In this document: piece by piece, positions 63,953 through 64,000 of the stretch
How the letters are laid out: every line of letters begins with the position of its first letter
Numbering within the stretch: position 1 is the stretch's first letter
NCBI RefSeq assembly: GCF_963921235.1
Contig: NC_086097.1
Location: 116,190,001-116,254,000 of the forward strand
From: Mobula hypostoma
Lineage: Eukaryota
Reading direction: 5' to 3'
Length of the DNA: 64,000 nucleotides
The notes under the pieces: generated by a model
What the model was told of the DNA's origin: nothing
Database searches by the model: none
The model's input: only the letters and a program-made list of their open reading frames with translations
Position numbers and translations under genes: made by a program

Positions 63953-64000
63953 TGATAAAACAGAGCATAACTGCAGAATGGAGTGACAATCTAATTTATT

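Noticed and set aside
1..64000. CRISPR array, prokaryotic operon, rRNA or tRNA genes
   Set aside because: No regularly spaced repeats, no gene-dense coding and no cloverleaf; B-box-like motifs belong to SINEs.

Overview
This is vertebrate nuclear DNA made almost entirely of transposable elements, so it is probably intronic or intergenic. The repeat set (CR1/HER1 LINEs, HE1/V-type SINEs, Neptune-type Penelope elements, Tc1 relics) suggests a cartilaginous fish such as a ray or shark; that is an inference. I recognise no host protein-coding gene, rRNA, tRNA or CRISPR array. Every recognisable ORF is a TE fragment: CR1 RT/EN, Rex/Babar RT, Gypsy gag/pol, Penelope GIY-YIG, and Tc1, pogo, hAT and Sola3-like transposases. 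Highlights: (1) a four-level nest at 34.9-45.7 kb, where a CR1 holds a Gmr1-type Gypsy (integrase before RT, tRNA-Pro PBS), whose LTR holds a Tigger, which holds a hAT MITE and a Penelope; (2) a minimal type I hammerhead ribozyme with an intact core at the Penelope 3' end, with related copies in short non-autonomous elements, some palindromic; (3) a second Gypsy at 15.2-23.9 kb carrying several insertions; (4) a perfect 36-bp inverted copy inserted about 480 bp from its source. Many boundaries of degraded elements are approximate.
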